A stretch of DNA of 64,000 nucleotides from a virus. The stretch's first letter is position 1. Every line of letters starts with the position of its first letter. The position numbers were made by a program, and so were the translations under genes. The stretch spans positions 32,001 through 96,000 of IMG/VR virus record IMGVR_UViG_3300028920_000035, one strand, 5' to 3'. The notes beneath the pieces were generated by a model, which did no database searches, was not told where the DNA came from, and saw nothing but the letters and a program-made list of their open reading frames with translations. Shown piece after piece: positions 48,519-57,345 of this stretch.

Positions 48519-48938
48519 ATGCCGAAATTCAATAGCCCAGTCGAAGGAGCCAAAACCTACCGGGGTTATGAGTTCACTCCCGCAGCCGGCGCCAACCTGA
48601 CCATCTATGTTGACCCCTCGGGATCCGGGACTAATCCAGCGGCAGGGTACGAATGGCTTACGGCTACCATGGACCCCGACGGGGGAGACGTCATCTTGAC
48701 GGTAGAAGCAAGCCTTTTGGGGGGCGTGCACCCAGAGTTCTGGCTGTTCGTGAGGCAGTCATCATCGGGGCAAGTCACCATGAACTGGAGTGGAGCCTTC
48801 CAGTTCAGTTCCCCCGAGGACAAGCTCATTCCCGATGACGATGGTCGCCGTTTACACGTCTGGCATGGGGTACAAGCCCCCGGGTATGGTCAATACCTCA
48901 TGCAGCGGTGGGGTGACTACGACCAGAGTATCACCTGA
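48519..48938 (+). CDS. Small beta protein similar to the C-terminal domain of 47069..48511
   Basis: SD GAGGA. VTMNWSGAFQFSSPEDKLIP...WHG resembles ITIDW...FLFSGGDDQALP...WEG. Confidence 0.6.
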   Translation: MPKFNSPVEGAKTYRGYEFTPAAGANLTIYVDPSGSGTNPAAGYEWLTATMDPDGGDVILTVEASLLGGVHPEFWLFVRQSSSGQVTMNWSGAFQFSSPEDKLIPDDDGRRLHVWHGVQAPGYGQYLMQRWGDYDQSIT

Positions 48939-48950
48939 GGAGCGGTTTGA

Positions 48951-50402
48951 ATGCGACACGGAGTAACAGACGTCACCAATCTTCGATACATTTCCGAGAC
49001 TGTTGAAGCCAATGGGTATGGCACCACCGCTTACGAGTGGAACCCTCTCAAGGTGGGGCAGGTTACCTTTCGGTCGGACGTTATGCGAGTTTTCACCGTC
49101 GACTTGGTGCCAGGGTACACCCCCAGGGTAGGGGACCGTCTGCGGGTCAATTATCAAGCTACATCAACTTCTCATTATGGGAATGTCGTCATCGATTTCA
49201 GCAACCTCATCAGTGAGGCTTCTGAAGAGATGTACATAAATGCCTACTACTCTTGTCCTGGGTGGTTGCAATACGTCGAGGGGCAGTATGGCCCAAGATG
49301 GGTGTACCATTCCGACCGGTCCATCAAGACACTGCGAAACCGTCTTGACTTGACCATGGCATCCTTGGGGGTCGCTGGAAAACTTAACCCTCAAGGGTCA
49401 GGATCTGACACGGTGATTGGCCCCATCGGTGAAGGGTACCAAGGGTTCCCCCTTTTTACAGGCTACAATTCGCTCGCTGACGACGGAGTATTTTGGTTCC
49501 TACAGCCAGGGGCCACTCGCAACGGGAGCACAACGGGGCTGTCATCCAATTTCAAGTACCCTGGGTCCCTTCTTCTAACTACCGGCTATGGTTGGATGAC
49601 AGGAGCACCTGATGGTGGCACCTCCTCTACATTGGTATCTAGATCTGTGGACGGAGGTCAGAATTGGAGTCAACCAGCGGGTCCCCACTCGGCCGCGGTG
49701 TCAGCGTGGCTCCTTTGGGTAAATGGTACAACAAGCTGTACCATCCTGCTGCAACTGGATAATGGGACATGGCGCGTCCAGCGTACAACTGATAGTGGGG
49801 CTTCCTGGACGACCATCCGCACGACTAGTGCCAGGTCAGGTGATATCCAATACGTGGCTATGGACAAGCTCAATTATCAAACTGCGGTAGTCGTCACAGA
49901 TGCGGGGGAAGCTTACGTTTTCACAGATACTGACGATACCGCTGACGACTACCTAGCCGTCAGCACTGGAGGCGATGCCCTGAAAGCCGCGGTCATCCAC
50001 CAGAACCGGTTTGGGGCGATGGTAGGGGGGGAAGACGGGGCATTCTGGTACTCCCCAGACCCTAGCACTCCGGGGTCCTGGGTAGATAGGACCAACCTTA
50101 GCTTGAGCAACTACGATATACACTCCATGGACACGAACGAGAGAGGTCTTCTCTACCTGCTCCTACGTGTTTCAGGAGCAGGTGACGCCCGCCGTTACCT
50201 CGCGATGTCGGACACCCTGGGGATCTCAATCACCAGCCCAGGAGGGGTTTTCCCTACACTCCTTCTTGGAGGTTCTGGTTCCTCCACACGCCCGGGGGCC
50301 ATTTACGTGGGAGGCCAAGGCTGGATCTACTTCTGTCAAGGCCGCAGTGTGACCGCCGATGACGGTTACCTTGTCTATCGAATGCGCCACCTGTACTTTT
50401 AA
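48951..50402 (+). CDS. Beta-propeller protein with BNR/Asp-box repeats (putative receptor-binding)
   Basis: SRSVDGGQNWS and RTTDSGASWT are Asp-boxes. SD GAGGAG. Lower GC than the flanks. Confidence 0.7.
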   Translation: MRHGVTDVTNLRYISETVEANGYGTTAYEWNPLKVGQVTFRSDVMRVFTVDLVPGYTPRVGDRLRVNYQATSTSHYGNVVIDFSNLISEASEEMYINAYYSCPGWLQYVEGQYGPRWVYHSDRSIKTLRNRLDLTMASLGVAGKLNPQGSGSDTVIGPIGEGYQGFPLFTGYNSLADDGVFWFLQPGATRNGSTTGLSSNFKYPGSLLLTTGYGWMTGAPDGGTSSTLVSRSVDGGQNWSQPAGPHSAAVSAWLLWVNGTTSCTILLQLDNGTWRVQRTTDSGASWTTIRTTSARSGDIQYVAMDKLNYQTAVVVTDAGEAYVFTDTDDTADDYLAVSTGGDALKAAVIHQNRFGAMVGGEDGAFWYSPDPSTPGSWVDRTNLSLSNYDIHSMDTNERGLLYLLLRVSGAGDARRYLAMSDTLGISITSPGGVFPTLLLGGSGSSTRPGAIYVGGQGWIYFCQGRSVTADDGYLVYRMRHLYF

Positions 50403-50420
50403 CCTATCGAGACAGATGAA

Positions 50421-53400
50421 ATGGCAAACAACTTCGGAACTGGCGTCTCGCGCGCCCTTGACCCTTCCCAACGGCAGATGGTCCAGGTCATCTGGCAAGA
50501 GGGCAAGCCTCCGCTCGACAGTGAGCTGAACCTGCTCCAGCAGCTGGCCGCAGAATGGCAACGGACTGCGGTCCTGCGCAACTCCCCCTCGGGGTGGTTG
50601 GGCAGTGCTTCTAACCCGTCGGAGGTCTACGAGACCAACGTCAACTGGTCCAACTGGTTCAAGTTCGGACGGCAGCGTACAGGCGACCAGCTCGATGTTC
50701 AGTGGGCTGTCGTGAATGGGTGGCTCATACCCGTCACGGGCACGGGCACTGGCACCCCGCCAGGCTCCCCAAACGACAGCGACACCTGGAACAAGATCAC
50801 ACTGAATCCACCTCCCTCGAACAGCGGCGACGCTCGCATCGATTTCGTGTTCCTGGAGGTTTGGCAGGCTCGTGTGCCCCCGAACCCATCAGACGTCAAC
50901 AAGCCTGCCGTCGACTCGATCTATCGCTACGGCAACATCGAAGGTGGGTACAGCTACCTGGCAGATGACCTTCAGGATTCTGCCATTGGGTTCGAGACGA
51001 CTGCGCGCGTTCAGATCCAGTATCGCCTGCGCGTCGTCAGCGGCCTTGTTGGCCTCACGAGCTACCCCGATGGGTTTGACCCCTCGGTGGTCAAGGCCCG
51101 CGGCGCGGCCTCGACCGACACGAGCTTCACTTTCACCAACATGGCAAAGACCCTCAACGACCCGGGTCTGTGGCGTGCAGGTGATGGGAGCGCCAACGCT
51201 CTCAACACCGTGGATGGGTACACCTACGCCATTCCGTTGGCAGTCATCTTCCGCCGCAACAGCGTGGCTTGGGATGGGGACCCCGCCCAGAATCTCAACG
51301 GTGGCGTCAACCGCAACCCGACAGCCATCGACCGCACGGGCGCCACGACGTTCACCACGACGCCGACCTTGGCGTCTGATCTCGACGCCTCGTCCCTTTC
51401 GCTCATCCTGTCGTCGATCTCGAACATCCCGCTACCCTTGAACCCGGCTAGTGATGTTCTGATCCGCATCGGCGACGAAGTCATGAGCTACAGCTCGATC
51501 ACAGGCTCAACCATGACCTTGACGGCCCGCGGCGCACAGGGAACCAAGGCTGAGTCACATGCGGCAGGTACTGAGGTGGAGATCTTGAGTGGGCGCCCCG
51601 ACGGACTGTACGCCGATCAAATTTCCAAGACCGACCTCTACGACGTGCGGCATGTCGTCAACCCCAATGGGTTCGACTACGACACGCTCCTGCGCACCAA
51701 CCTCGACCGGTTGCTCCGTGGCACCATGCGTTCGAACTGGAAGCGCACGGGCGCGGGACCCCGCGGCACCTTCGTCAACTACCAGGACAAAATTGGTTCG
51801 TCAGCGGCGCTTGGTGTAACCACCGTGGGTGCGGCCGATAACGTACGGCAGGTCTACTCCGATGCCTCAGTAGTCCAACCGTACACGGCCATCGTCCGCT
51901 CGACCACCAACGGCATCATTGCGGCCGAGCCAATCTCATTGACTTGGGACCTTTCGGTCGAGGCCAACCTTCAACGTCCCGCCAACACCCAGTACATCGG
52001 GTCCGCAGGGGACACGGTTACCATCGGAATTGCCCAGTTCAAGAACTCGGGCATCGACTCTGACCAGGTTCGATTCGCGACGACCCAGGACTTCGCGGGC
52101 GCCGTTGAGATCCGTCAAGAGACTTCAGGTTCCCCCTTGGTTGAAGGACCCGACTACACCCTCACCACGCCCACGACCTCCGATGACGATCTTGTCATCA
52201 CGTTCACGGGTTCGTTCGGGACCTACGATCGAGAGTTCCACATCAAGTTCCACCTGATCTACGGCCCAGGTGTGGGGTTGAGTCGACGACCTGATTCGGT
52301 GTCGAGTGTCGTTTTGCTGAACCCGGACAGCTCAATTCTGAGCCAGCAGGAGAACATCCCGACCAACAACGTCCCCATGCGGGCGGCGTGGCTCCCCTTG
52401 TGGAGCAAGCACCGAGCCGACAGCGCCAACCCAACGCTTCTGAACAGCCTGCCAGTGACGGCCGAGGCTTATGTAGACCCCGGCAGCAAGACGGTAGCGT
52501 TCACGCCTTTCCGAAAAATCGAGTTTTCCAACTACCAGCCCTTGATTTCGAGCACAGGACCTCACGAAAACGACCCCCTGGCCTTGTTCTTGCCAGCCCC
52601 CAGCACATTCCACTTCCTTCAGGTTGATGATGACCTGATGCCCAAGTGGGGCGCCGTCCGCGTACCTATCCGCCATACTGCGGACGCTACCTTCAAGGGA
52701 GGGATCAACTTCGGGGTGTGTGATGACCCCACGGGGGCGTTCAACTCGGACTTCCTCGCCGATGCCAAGTTCACGACTTGGAACTTCGTCAGCTCGTCTT
52801 CGGCGGCCTACAACACCCTGATCGCTACTCCTGGCCAGGATTATGCGGGAATCCGCCATTTCACGGATACCCGCGGGCTGGGGCGAAAGGGTCTGGAGCT
52901 ACCTCCCCAGTACGGCATTGCTCGACTCTATGCGGTCTATGAAGCGCTCGACTTCGACAACCCCGTGACCCCCGGTCAACCCGTCAACCTGCTGAAGCAG
53001 ACTTTCGACGGAGACACCTTCTGGATCGAGACCAACAGCGGGGAGGAGACCTTCATCCTCAACGCCGAGTGCATCGACATCTCGCGGTCCCCGAACCCCA
53101 TCGTGGACTTTGCGTCGGGGCAGTATGTCATTGAGGCAGTGATCTTTGGCTTCACCGCAGGATCGTGGGACCGTGGAGGCAGCCCCTTCGGACTGTTGCT
53201 GCGGACCGGGCACGCGGACCCCGTTGACATGCCCACCTTGGTCATCCCAGCGCCTCTCCCCGACAACGACGAGGCCGCCATCAACTACTCGCGGACTCCT
53301 TACATGGGCGACGCTTGGGCGAGTCAGACCACCCAGACAGACTTGCCCTATCTGCCGGGCCCCATCGCCAGTTCGGTGGCATATCAGCTGGCGACCACGG

Positions 53401-54449
53401 AGCTGGACGAGACCGCGCTGTCCCGTCCCAACGAGAAGGTGCTGGAGGTCCTGTCGAGCGTGAGTTTTTACACCACCTTGGGCACAGGTCGCCTCTCCGG
53501 TGACTTCGAGGGTACCAACGTTCTGACCAACGTGTGCTTCGAGGATGCCGCCAACTACCCTCCAGGCAGTCCCACCGACGACCGCCCGACGCTCCTAGTG
53601 GGCGCGCTCCACGACGAGACCTTCTCTCTCGGCACCGAGTACTTGGGGTGCACCACTCGCCTTCCCATGGGCGCGCTCTTCCGGGACAAGGACTTCCGCG
53701 GCAACCTGCCAGGTGGAGGCTCAGTCCAGCGTCCATTGGTCATCGTGGATGACCACTCCCCAGGTACGTTCGCGGCGGGCATCCAAGCCGGCAAGACCTA
53801 CGAGCAGAACGAACTACCCGTCAGCACGTCCAGCGTGGCCGCCGGGCATGGTGGTGAGGTCGTGGTCCACGTGGACGGCGAGACCGGCAATTACGGCCTA
53901 CTAACCAACTACCGTACGACCCGCGGGGGCTCGGCCTTCGTGGCAAGCGGGCCTCATCCCGGCGGCGAACTGGGAAATGCCTTCGCCGTGGCGGGCCCCA
54001 GCCCCAGTTGGGCTGGTGTACTTACGGGCACAGCGTACCTCGTGCGCAATACCCCGACCAACATCGGCGCCACCGAGGTCAGCGCGGGCAGCGAGCTGAT
54101 GATGCTGGTTGTCACCACGGCCCAACGACGGGGCCCGTCGGGCGCTGAGATGCGGACCATCATCGGCACCAGTGGATCCTGGGAAGGCTACTCCGCGGCG
54201 GACCTCTACCGTCTGGATGGGCACCCCCTGGTTAACGACCATGTGCGCCTCGACCTTGATCCGGGAGAGGTCGCGCTCTCTCGAAAGATCCCCTGGCAAG
54301 CCTTTGCTGGCGGGCCCCTATCGGTTTCGGCCCTGGCCGTCGCACCTTCCCCAGAGCCTCCAACCCCCGCCCAAGGGCACGTCATCTGGTCCGATGGAAC
54401 CTCACTATACGTGAAGGATTCCAACGGCTCCATCAGCACTCTTCCCTGA
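50421..54449 (+). CDS. Baseplate-attached fibre protein (1342 aa), paralog of 43810..46383
   Basis: Shared blocks: GTGVS..LDP, Q.GKP..D.E.NL.Q, D.V.LEVW, RVQIQYRLRV, DPGLWRAGDG, TVDGY.YA.PL...RRN, RPDGL. Confidence 0.7.
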   Translation: MANNFGTGVSRALDPSQRQMVQVIWQEGKPPLDSELNLLQQLAAEWQRTAVLRNSPSGWLGSASNPSEVYETNVNWSNWFKFGRQRTGDQLDVQWAVVNGWLIPVTGTGTGTPPGSPNDSDTWNKITLNPPPSNSGDARIDFVFLEVWQARVPPNPSDVNKPAVDSIYRYGNIEGGYSYLADDLQDSAIGFETTARVQIQYRLRVVSGLVGLTSYPDGFDPSVVKARGAASTDTSFTFTNMAKTLNDPGLWRAGDGSANALNTVDGYTYAIPLAVIFRRNSVAWDGDPAQNLNGGVNRNPTAIDRTGATTFTTTPTLASDLDASSLSLILSSISNIPLPLNPASDVLIRIGDEVMSYSSITGSTMTLTARGAQGTKAESHAAGTEVEILSGRPDGLYADQISKTDLYDVRHVVNPNGFDYDTLLRTNLDRLLRGTMRSNWKRTGAGPRGTFVNYQDKIGSSAALGVTTVGAADNVRQVYSDASVVQPYTAIVRSTTNGIIAAEPISLTWDLSVEANLQRPANTQYIGSAGDTVTIGIAQFKNSGIDSDQVRFATTQDFAGAVEIRQETSGSPLVEGPDYTLTTPTTSDDDLVITFTGSFGTYDREFHIKFHLIYGPGVGLSRRPDSVSSVVLLNPDSSILSQQENIPTNNVPMRAAWLPLWSKHRADSANPTLLNSLPVTAEAYVDPGSKTVAFTPFRKIEFSNYQPLISSTGPHENDPLALFLPAPSTFHFLQVDDDLMPKWGAVRVPIRHTADATFKGGINFGVCDDPTGAFNSDFLADAKFTTWNFVSSSSAAYNTLIATPGQDYAGIRHFTDTRGLGRKGLELPPQYGIARLYAVYEALDFDNPVTPGQPVNLLKQTFDGDTFWIETNSGEETFILNAECIDISRSPNPIVDFASGQYVIEAVIFGFTAGSWDRGGSPFGLLLRTGHADPVDMPTLVIPAPLPDNDEAAINYSRTPYMGDAWASQTTQTDLPYLPGPIASSVAYQLATTELDETALSRPNEKVLEVLSSVSFYTTLGTGRLSGDFEGTNVLTNVCFEDAANYPPGSPTDDRPTLLVGALHDETFSLGTEYLGCTTRLPMGALFRDKDFRGNLPGGGSVQRPLVIVDDHSPGTFAAGIQAGKTYEQNELPVSTSSVAAGHGGEVVVHVDGETGNYGLLTNYRTTRGGSAFVASGPHPGGELGNAFAVAGPSPSWAGVLTGTAYLVRNTPTNIGATEVSAGSELMMLVVTTAQRRGPSGAEMRTIIGTSGSWEGYSAADLYRLDGHPLVNDHVRLDLDPGEVALSRKIPWQAFAGGPLSVSALAVAPSPEPPTPAQGHVIWSDGTSLYVKDSNGSISTLP

Positions 54450-54472
54450 GGACACTATCCCGGTGCTCTGAG

Positions 54473-54685
54473 ATGACCAAGAGACACGCCACCCGCAAGC
54501 CCTCCCCTCTGATGCTCATGCGTAGGCAGGCCAGAGCGACTCGCCAGGCGCTCCAGGAAGCGGCCCTAGTAGTGAGTACCCTCCCGTCAGAGCCGCCGTC
54601 AGAGCCGCCGTCAGAGCCGAAGAAAGGCAACCACCACCAAGTCATCGTCACTGAGACGCTGGCCTCAAATGAATCTGCGGGATAG
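54473..54685 (+). CDS. Small basic hypothetical protein
   Basis: Fills the gap between fibre and holin-like genes. Contains (PSEP)x3. Confidence 0.4.
   Translation: MTKRHATRKPSPLMLMRRQARATRQALQEAALVVSTLPSEPPSEPPSEPKKGNHHQVIVTETLASNESAG
54584..54619 (+). repeat. Perfect 12-bp tandem repeat x3 (CCGTCAGAGCCG)
   Basis: Read directly from the sequence. Confidence 0.95.
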
Positions 54686-54716
54686 AGCCCCGCGGTAGAT
54701 ACGGAAGGAATGTAAA

Positions 54717-55124
54717 ATGGACCCCATTCAAGCACTTTGGAACCCAGGCACCCTCATCGTCGCGATGGTGGCCGTTATCGGCACGTTTTTCATTCGGCAG
54801 ATCGTCGAAACCATCGTGCCAGACCTCAAGAAAACCAGTGACGAGAACGACCTGACTCAAGCCACCTACAAGACCCAGTTCGCACGGTGGTGGAACAAGG
54901 TCATCCTTCATGCACTGCCCGTCTTCATCGGCGGCCTGTGTGGGTTGGGGCACAGCGTCTGGCTCTTCCCTGGGGTCGACACTACCGGCGCCCGCGTGAT
55001 GGTCGGCATCGTCCTTGGCTGGTTCAGCACTTTCCTTTACAAGATCATCCGCAAGGTCGTCAAACAGAAGACCGGTGTCGAGATCCATGAAGGTCCTCCA
55101 CCCGTGGGCACACCCCAGGATTGA
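54717..55124 (+). CDS. Putative holin (3 TM helices, basic C-tail)
   Basis: Three hydrophobic segments followed by KIIRKVVKQK. SD AAGGA. Lies at the end of the virion operon. Confidence 0.55.
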   Translation: MDPIQALWNPGTLIVAMVAVIGTFFIRQIVETIVPDLKKTSDENDLTQATYKTQFARWWNKVILHALPVFIGGLCGLGHSVWLFPGVDTTGARVMVGIVLGWFSTFLYKIIRKVVKQKTGVEIHEGPPPVGTPQD

Positions 55125-55133
55125 GAGGTCCCC

Positions 55134-55664
55134 GTGGCGTTCTGGAAGTCTTTTGGCCAGACGCTCAAGAAGGGATGGGACTGGTTCTCGGTTTGGATTC
55201 TGGGCCCCGGTGCGGCCCTGTTCGTAGTCCTGGGAGCCCTCGTTCTACTCTTCTTCGGCGCCAAAAACGTTCAGGTTGGTGGGATCCTCGACAAGCTGTT
55301 CAATCGCGACCGCAAGGACGGGGGCGGAGGCAAGGCCGTAGACGTTGCCAACACCGTCCCCAAGGGTCGTGTCGACAAGGACGGCAAGATCATCAAGCCA
55401 GGCGAACCCGACAGCAAGGGCACGACCCAGGCGGTGGTGGTCCCCATCAAAAAACCCGGGCTGTTCAAGCGGCCCGACAAGGTAGAGATTGTGCCACCGG
55501 GCAAGAAAGAGCCCGTCGAGATTGATCTCCCCGACGGTGTGAAGGCAAAGGACGTGGATGCCGTTATCATCGTCAAGCCCAACGTGAAAGTCGTCGCCGT
55601 CAAGCAGCACAGCCAGGTCAAGGGCAAAGACCTTGACGACTTGCTCGACAGGTACGGAGGATGA
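55134..55664 (+). CDS. N-terminally membrane-anchored protein (i-spanin-like topology)
   Basis: GTG start with SD GAGG. One TM segment (GAALFVVLGALVLLFFG), then a K/D/P/V-rich soluble domain. Confidence 0.6.
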   Translation: MAFWKSFGQTLKKGWDWFSVWILGPGAALFVVLGALVLLFFGAKNVQVGGILDKLFNRDRKDGGGGKAVDVANTVPKGRVDKDGKIIKPGEPDSKGTTQAVVVPIKKPGLFKRPDKVEIVPPGKKEPVEIDLPDGVKAKDVDAVIIVKPNVKVVAVKQHSQVKGKDLDDLLDRYGG

Positions 55665-55671
55665 GGTAGCG

Positions 55672-56274
55672 ATGATTCCCTTCATCATCTTTGGAGCTGA
55701 CACCGTCACCACGACGGCCGCGCCCGTGCAGGAATGCCAGGGGACCTGCGTCCCTGATGAAGACCTCCAGACGCTGCTGGCGGCGGCTCGCGAGCTACGG
55801 TGCTACAAGCCGGACAGCGACCACTACCAGGCGCCCACGCTTGAAGCTGACCCCATCACCATCATCGTGGACGAAGACAACCGTGTCTTCTTCAGCGGCG
55901 CCGAGCCCCATCCCTACAAGCTCCACCTCAAGTGGTGCGAGACCGAGGTGGAGTTCGAGGGTAAGCTCAACGTCGTTGCTGCCGTCCAGGAGGACCCCTG
56001 GTGGGGGTTCCGCTTCCGACCCAAGGCGTACCTTGGGTACCTGCCCCTCGTCGCTCTGGAGAGCAAGGAGGGGCTCGACGGGATGGATGCGGGGCTGCTC
56101 CTCGATTTCTTCTATGTCAGCTGGTTCAACGTCAATGCCGCGGTCGGATTCCGCAGTGTGGGCGCGGGATTTGGCATCGATATCACGAAGAACTTCGGGG
56201 GCTACGTCGGCTATGGGCTGAGCTATCAAGAGCCCTACCACGGGGTCAATGGTGCTCTTTGGTTCGCGTTCTGA
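55672..56274 (+). CDS. Cys-containing protein with C-terminal outer-membrane beta-strand region
   Basis: SD GAGGT before ATG 55672. Four Cys in the N-half. C-terminal ~90 aa of alternating Gly/aromatic strands ends VNGALWFAF. Confidence 0.6.
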   Translation: MIPFIIFGADTVTTTAAPVQECQGTCVPDEDLQTLLAAARELRCYKPDSDHYQAPTLEADPITIIVDEDNRVFFSGAEPHPYKLHLKWCETEVEFEGKLNVVAAVQEDPWWGFRFRPKAYLGYLPLVALESKEGLDGMDAGLLLDFFYVSWFNVNAAVGFRSVGAGFGIDITKNFGGYVGYGLSYQEPYHGVNGALWFAF

Positions 56275-56284
56275 TTCCTCTTGT
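56272..56284 (+). promoter_or_regulatory. Putative phage late-promoter motif (TGATTCCTCTTGT)
   Basis: 15 nt before ATG 56300. Confidence 0.45.
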
Positions 56285-56299
56285 GGGTCGGGTCTGGTG

Positions 56300-56875
56300 A
56301 TGGCCTATCGCTATGACCGTCGGACGGCGGCCGGGCCCATTCCCCTTGACAAGGGTGATATCAAGGAGCTGGCGGACCGCATCCTGAAGAAGCTGCCTCT
56401 ATACCTCAAGTTCCGTGACGACTACATGGACACTCCCATGCAGAGGGCGCGGGGGTACAATCCCAACCGTTGGCAGTACGAGGTTGAGGAAGGTTTCTCG
56501 ACGACCAACGTGCGCAACCACCCGATTCAGGTCGAGGTACATGTTGGCTTCAAAAAGCCTGAAGTTGCGTGGGGTGGGCGTGACTATGTCACCGGGGGAG
56601 CGGTTTCGTCACGATGGTATGGGGCGGATCGACGCGGCCGGGGGCGCGGCTTTGGTCTGCACACCAAGCTGACCGTCAACTCCACGCAATTTGTCGAACA
56701 GGCGTTGAAAGCATCAGCAACCTGGAAGCGCATTCAAGGCGCATTGAATCCCCACAACGAGCGCAAGATTCGAGAAGCCGTGTCACGGGCCCTGGTGCGT
56801 GAATGGCCACGTCTACAAGAGCTGTACCCTCAGGACCCTGACGACGAGTGGGACGAGACGCTCAACCTACCCTAG
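56300..56875 (+). CDS. Hypothetical protein beginning MAYRYDRRTAA (191 aa)
   Basis: ATG 56300 avoids overlap with the upstream gene. No SD, but the shared upstream motif is present. Confidence 0.6.
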   Translation: MAYRYDRRTAAGPIPLDKGDIKELADRILKKLPLYLKFRDDYMDTPMQRARGYNPNRWQYEVEEGFSTTNVRNHPIQVEVHVGFKKPEVAWGGRDYVTGGAVSSRWYGADRRGRGRGFGLHTKLTVNSTQFVEQALKASATWKRIQGALNPHNERKIREAVSRALVREWPRLQELYPQDPDDEWDETLNLP

Positions 56876-57329
56876 CGACTAGCTGCCGTTGTTTGATTTC
56901 GCCGAGCAGCTCGCGAGTGGCACGCATCAAGGCCATCCCTGCGACCTCAGGGGCGGACTTCTTGACGACCTCTACTCGCTTGTCAAGCTGGGGGCGCCGG
57001 TCGAAGTCGAAGGGTACATAGGAAACCAGAACCTGGGCAGCGCGGGGTACTGAAAGGGCAATAGAAAAGGCGTCCAGGTGGTGACGTCCGGTAAAGAAGT
57101 AGTAGACCACACCACGGGACTCGCTCGCTCCCAGCTGGTAGCGCTCCCCGGTAGCCTTCGAGATCATGAACATAAAGCGCTCAAGCATAGCGTTGAGGCT
57201 CAGCTTGGCTTCGACGAACCCCTCGCCTGGGTCAAAGGCAACACGCGTACGAACCCAGTTGGGTACCTCCAGCGTCGGACGAAGTCGGTGAAGGTAGTAG
57301 CGGGCGGCGACTCTCTTTGCGATGCTCAT
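56862..57329 (-). CDS. Hypothetical protein beginning MSIAKRVAARY (155 aa)
   Basis: The only credible minus-strand gene. ATG 57329 avoids overlap with the helicase, and the shared upstream motif is present. Confidence 0.6.
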   Translation of the reverse strand: MSIAKRVAARYYLHRLRPTLEVPNWVRTRVAFDPGEGFVEAKLSLNAMLERFMFMISKATGERYQLGASESRGVVYYFFTGRHHLDAFSIALSVPRAAQVLVSYVPFDFDRRPQLDKRVEVVKKSAPEVAGMALMRATRELLGEIKQRQLVARVG

Positions 57330-57345
57330 CACCGTAGCGAGCGGA

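Noticed and set aside
1-54449. Interpretation as an extracellular contractile injection system, T6SS or tailocin
   Set aside because: The tail genes are contiguous with phage-type replication genes. No T6SS membrane complex or eCIS ATPase is present, so a phage genome is simpler.
26451-54449. Diversity-generating retroelement or invertible fibre cassette
   Set aside because: I saw no reverse transcriptase, no adenine-specific TR/VR pair, no invertase and no inverted fibre segments in this window.
54584-54619. 12-bp repeat as a CRISPR array or iteron set
   Set aside because: It has no spacers, only three copies, and is in frame within a small ORF. Slippage is the likely cause.
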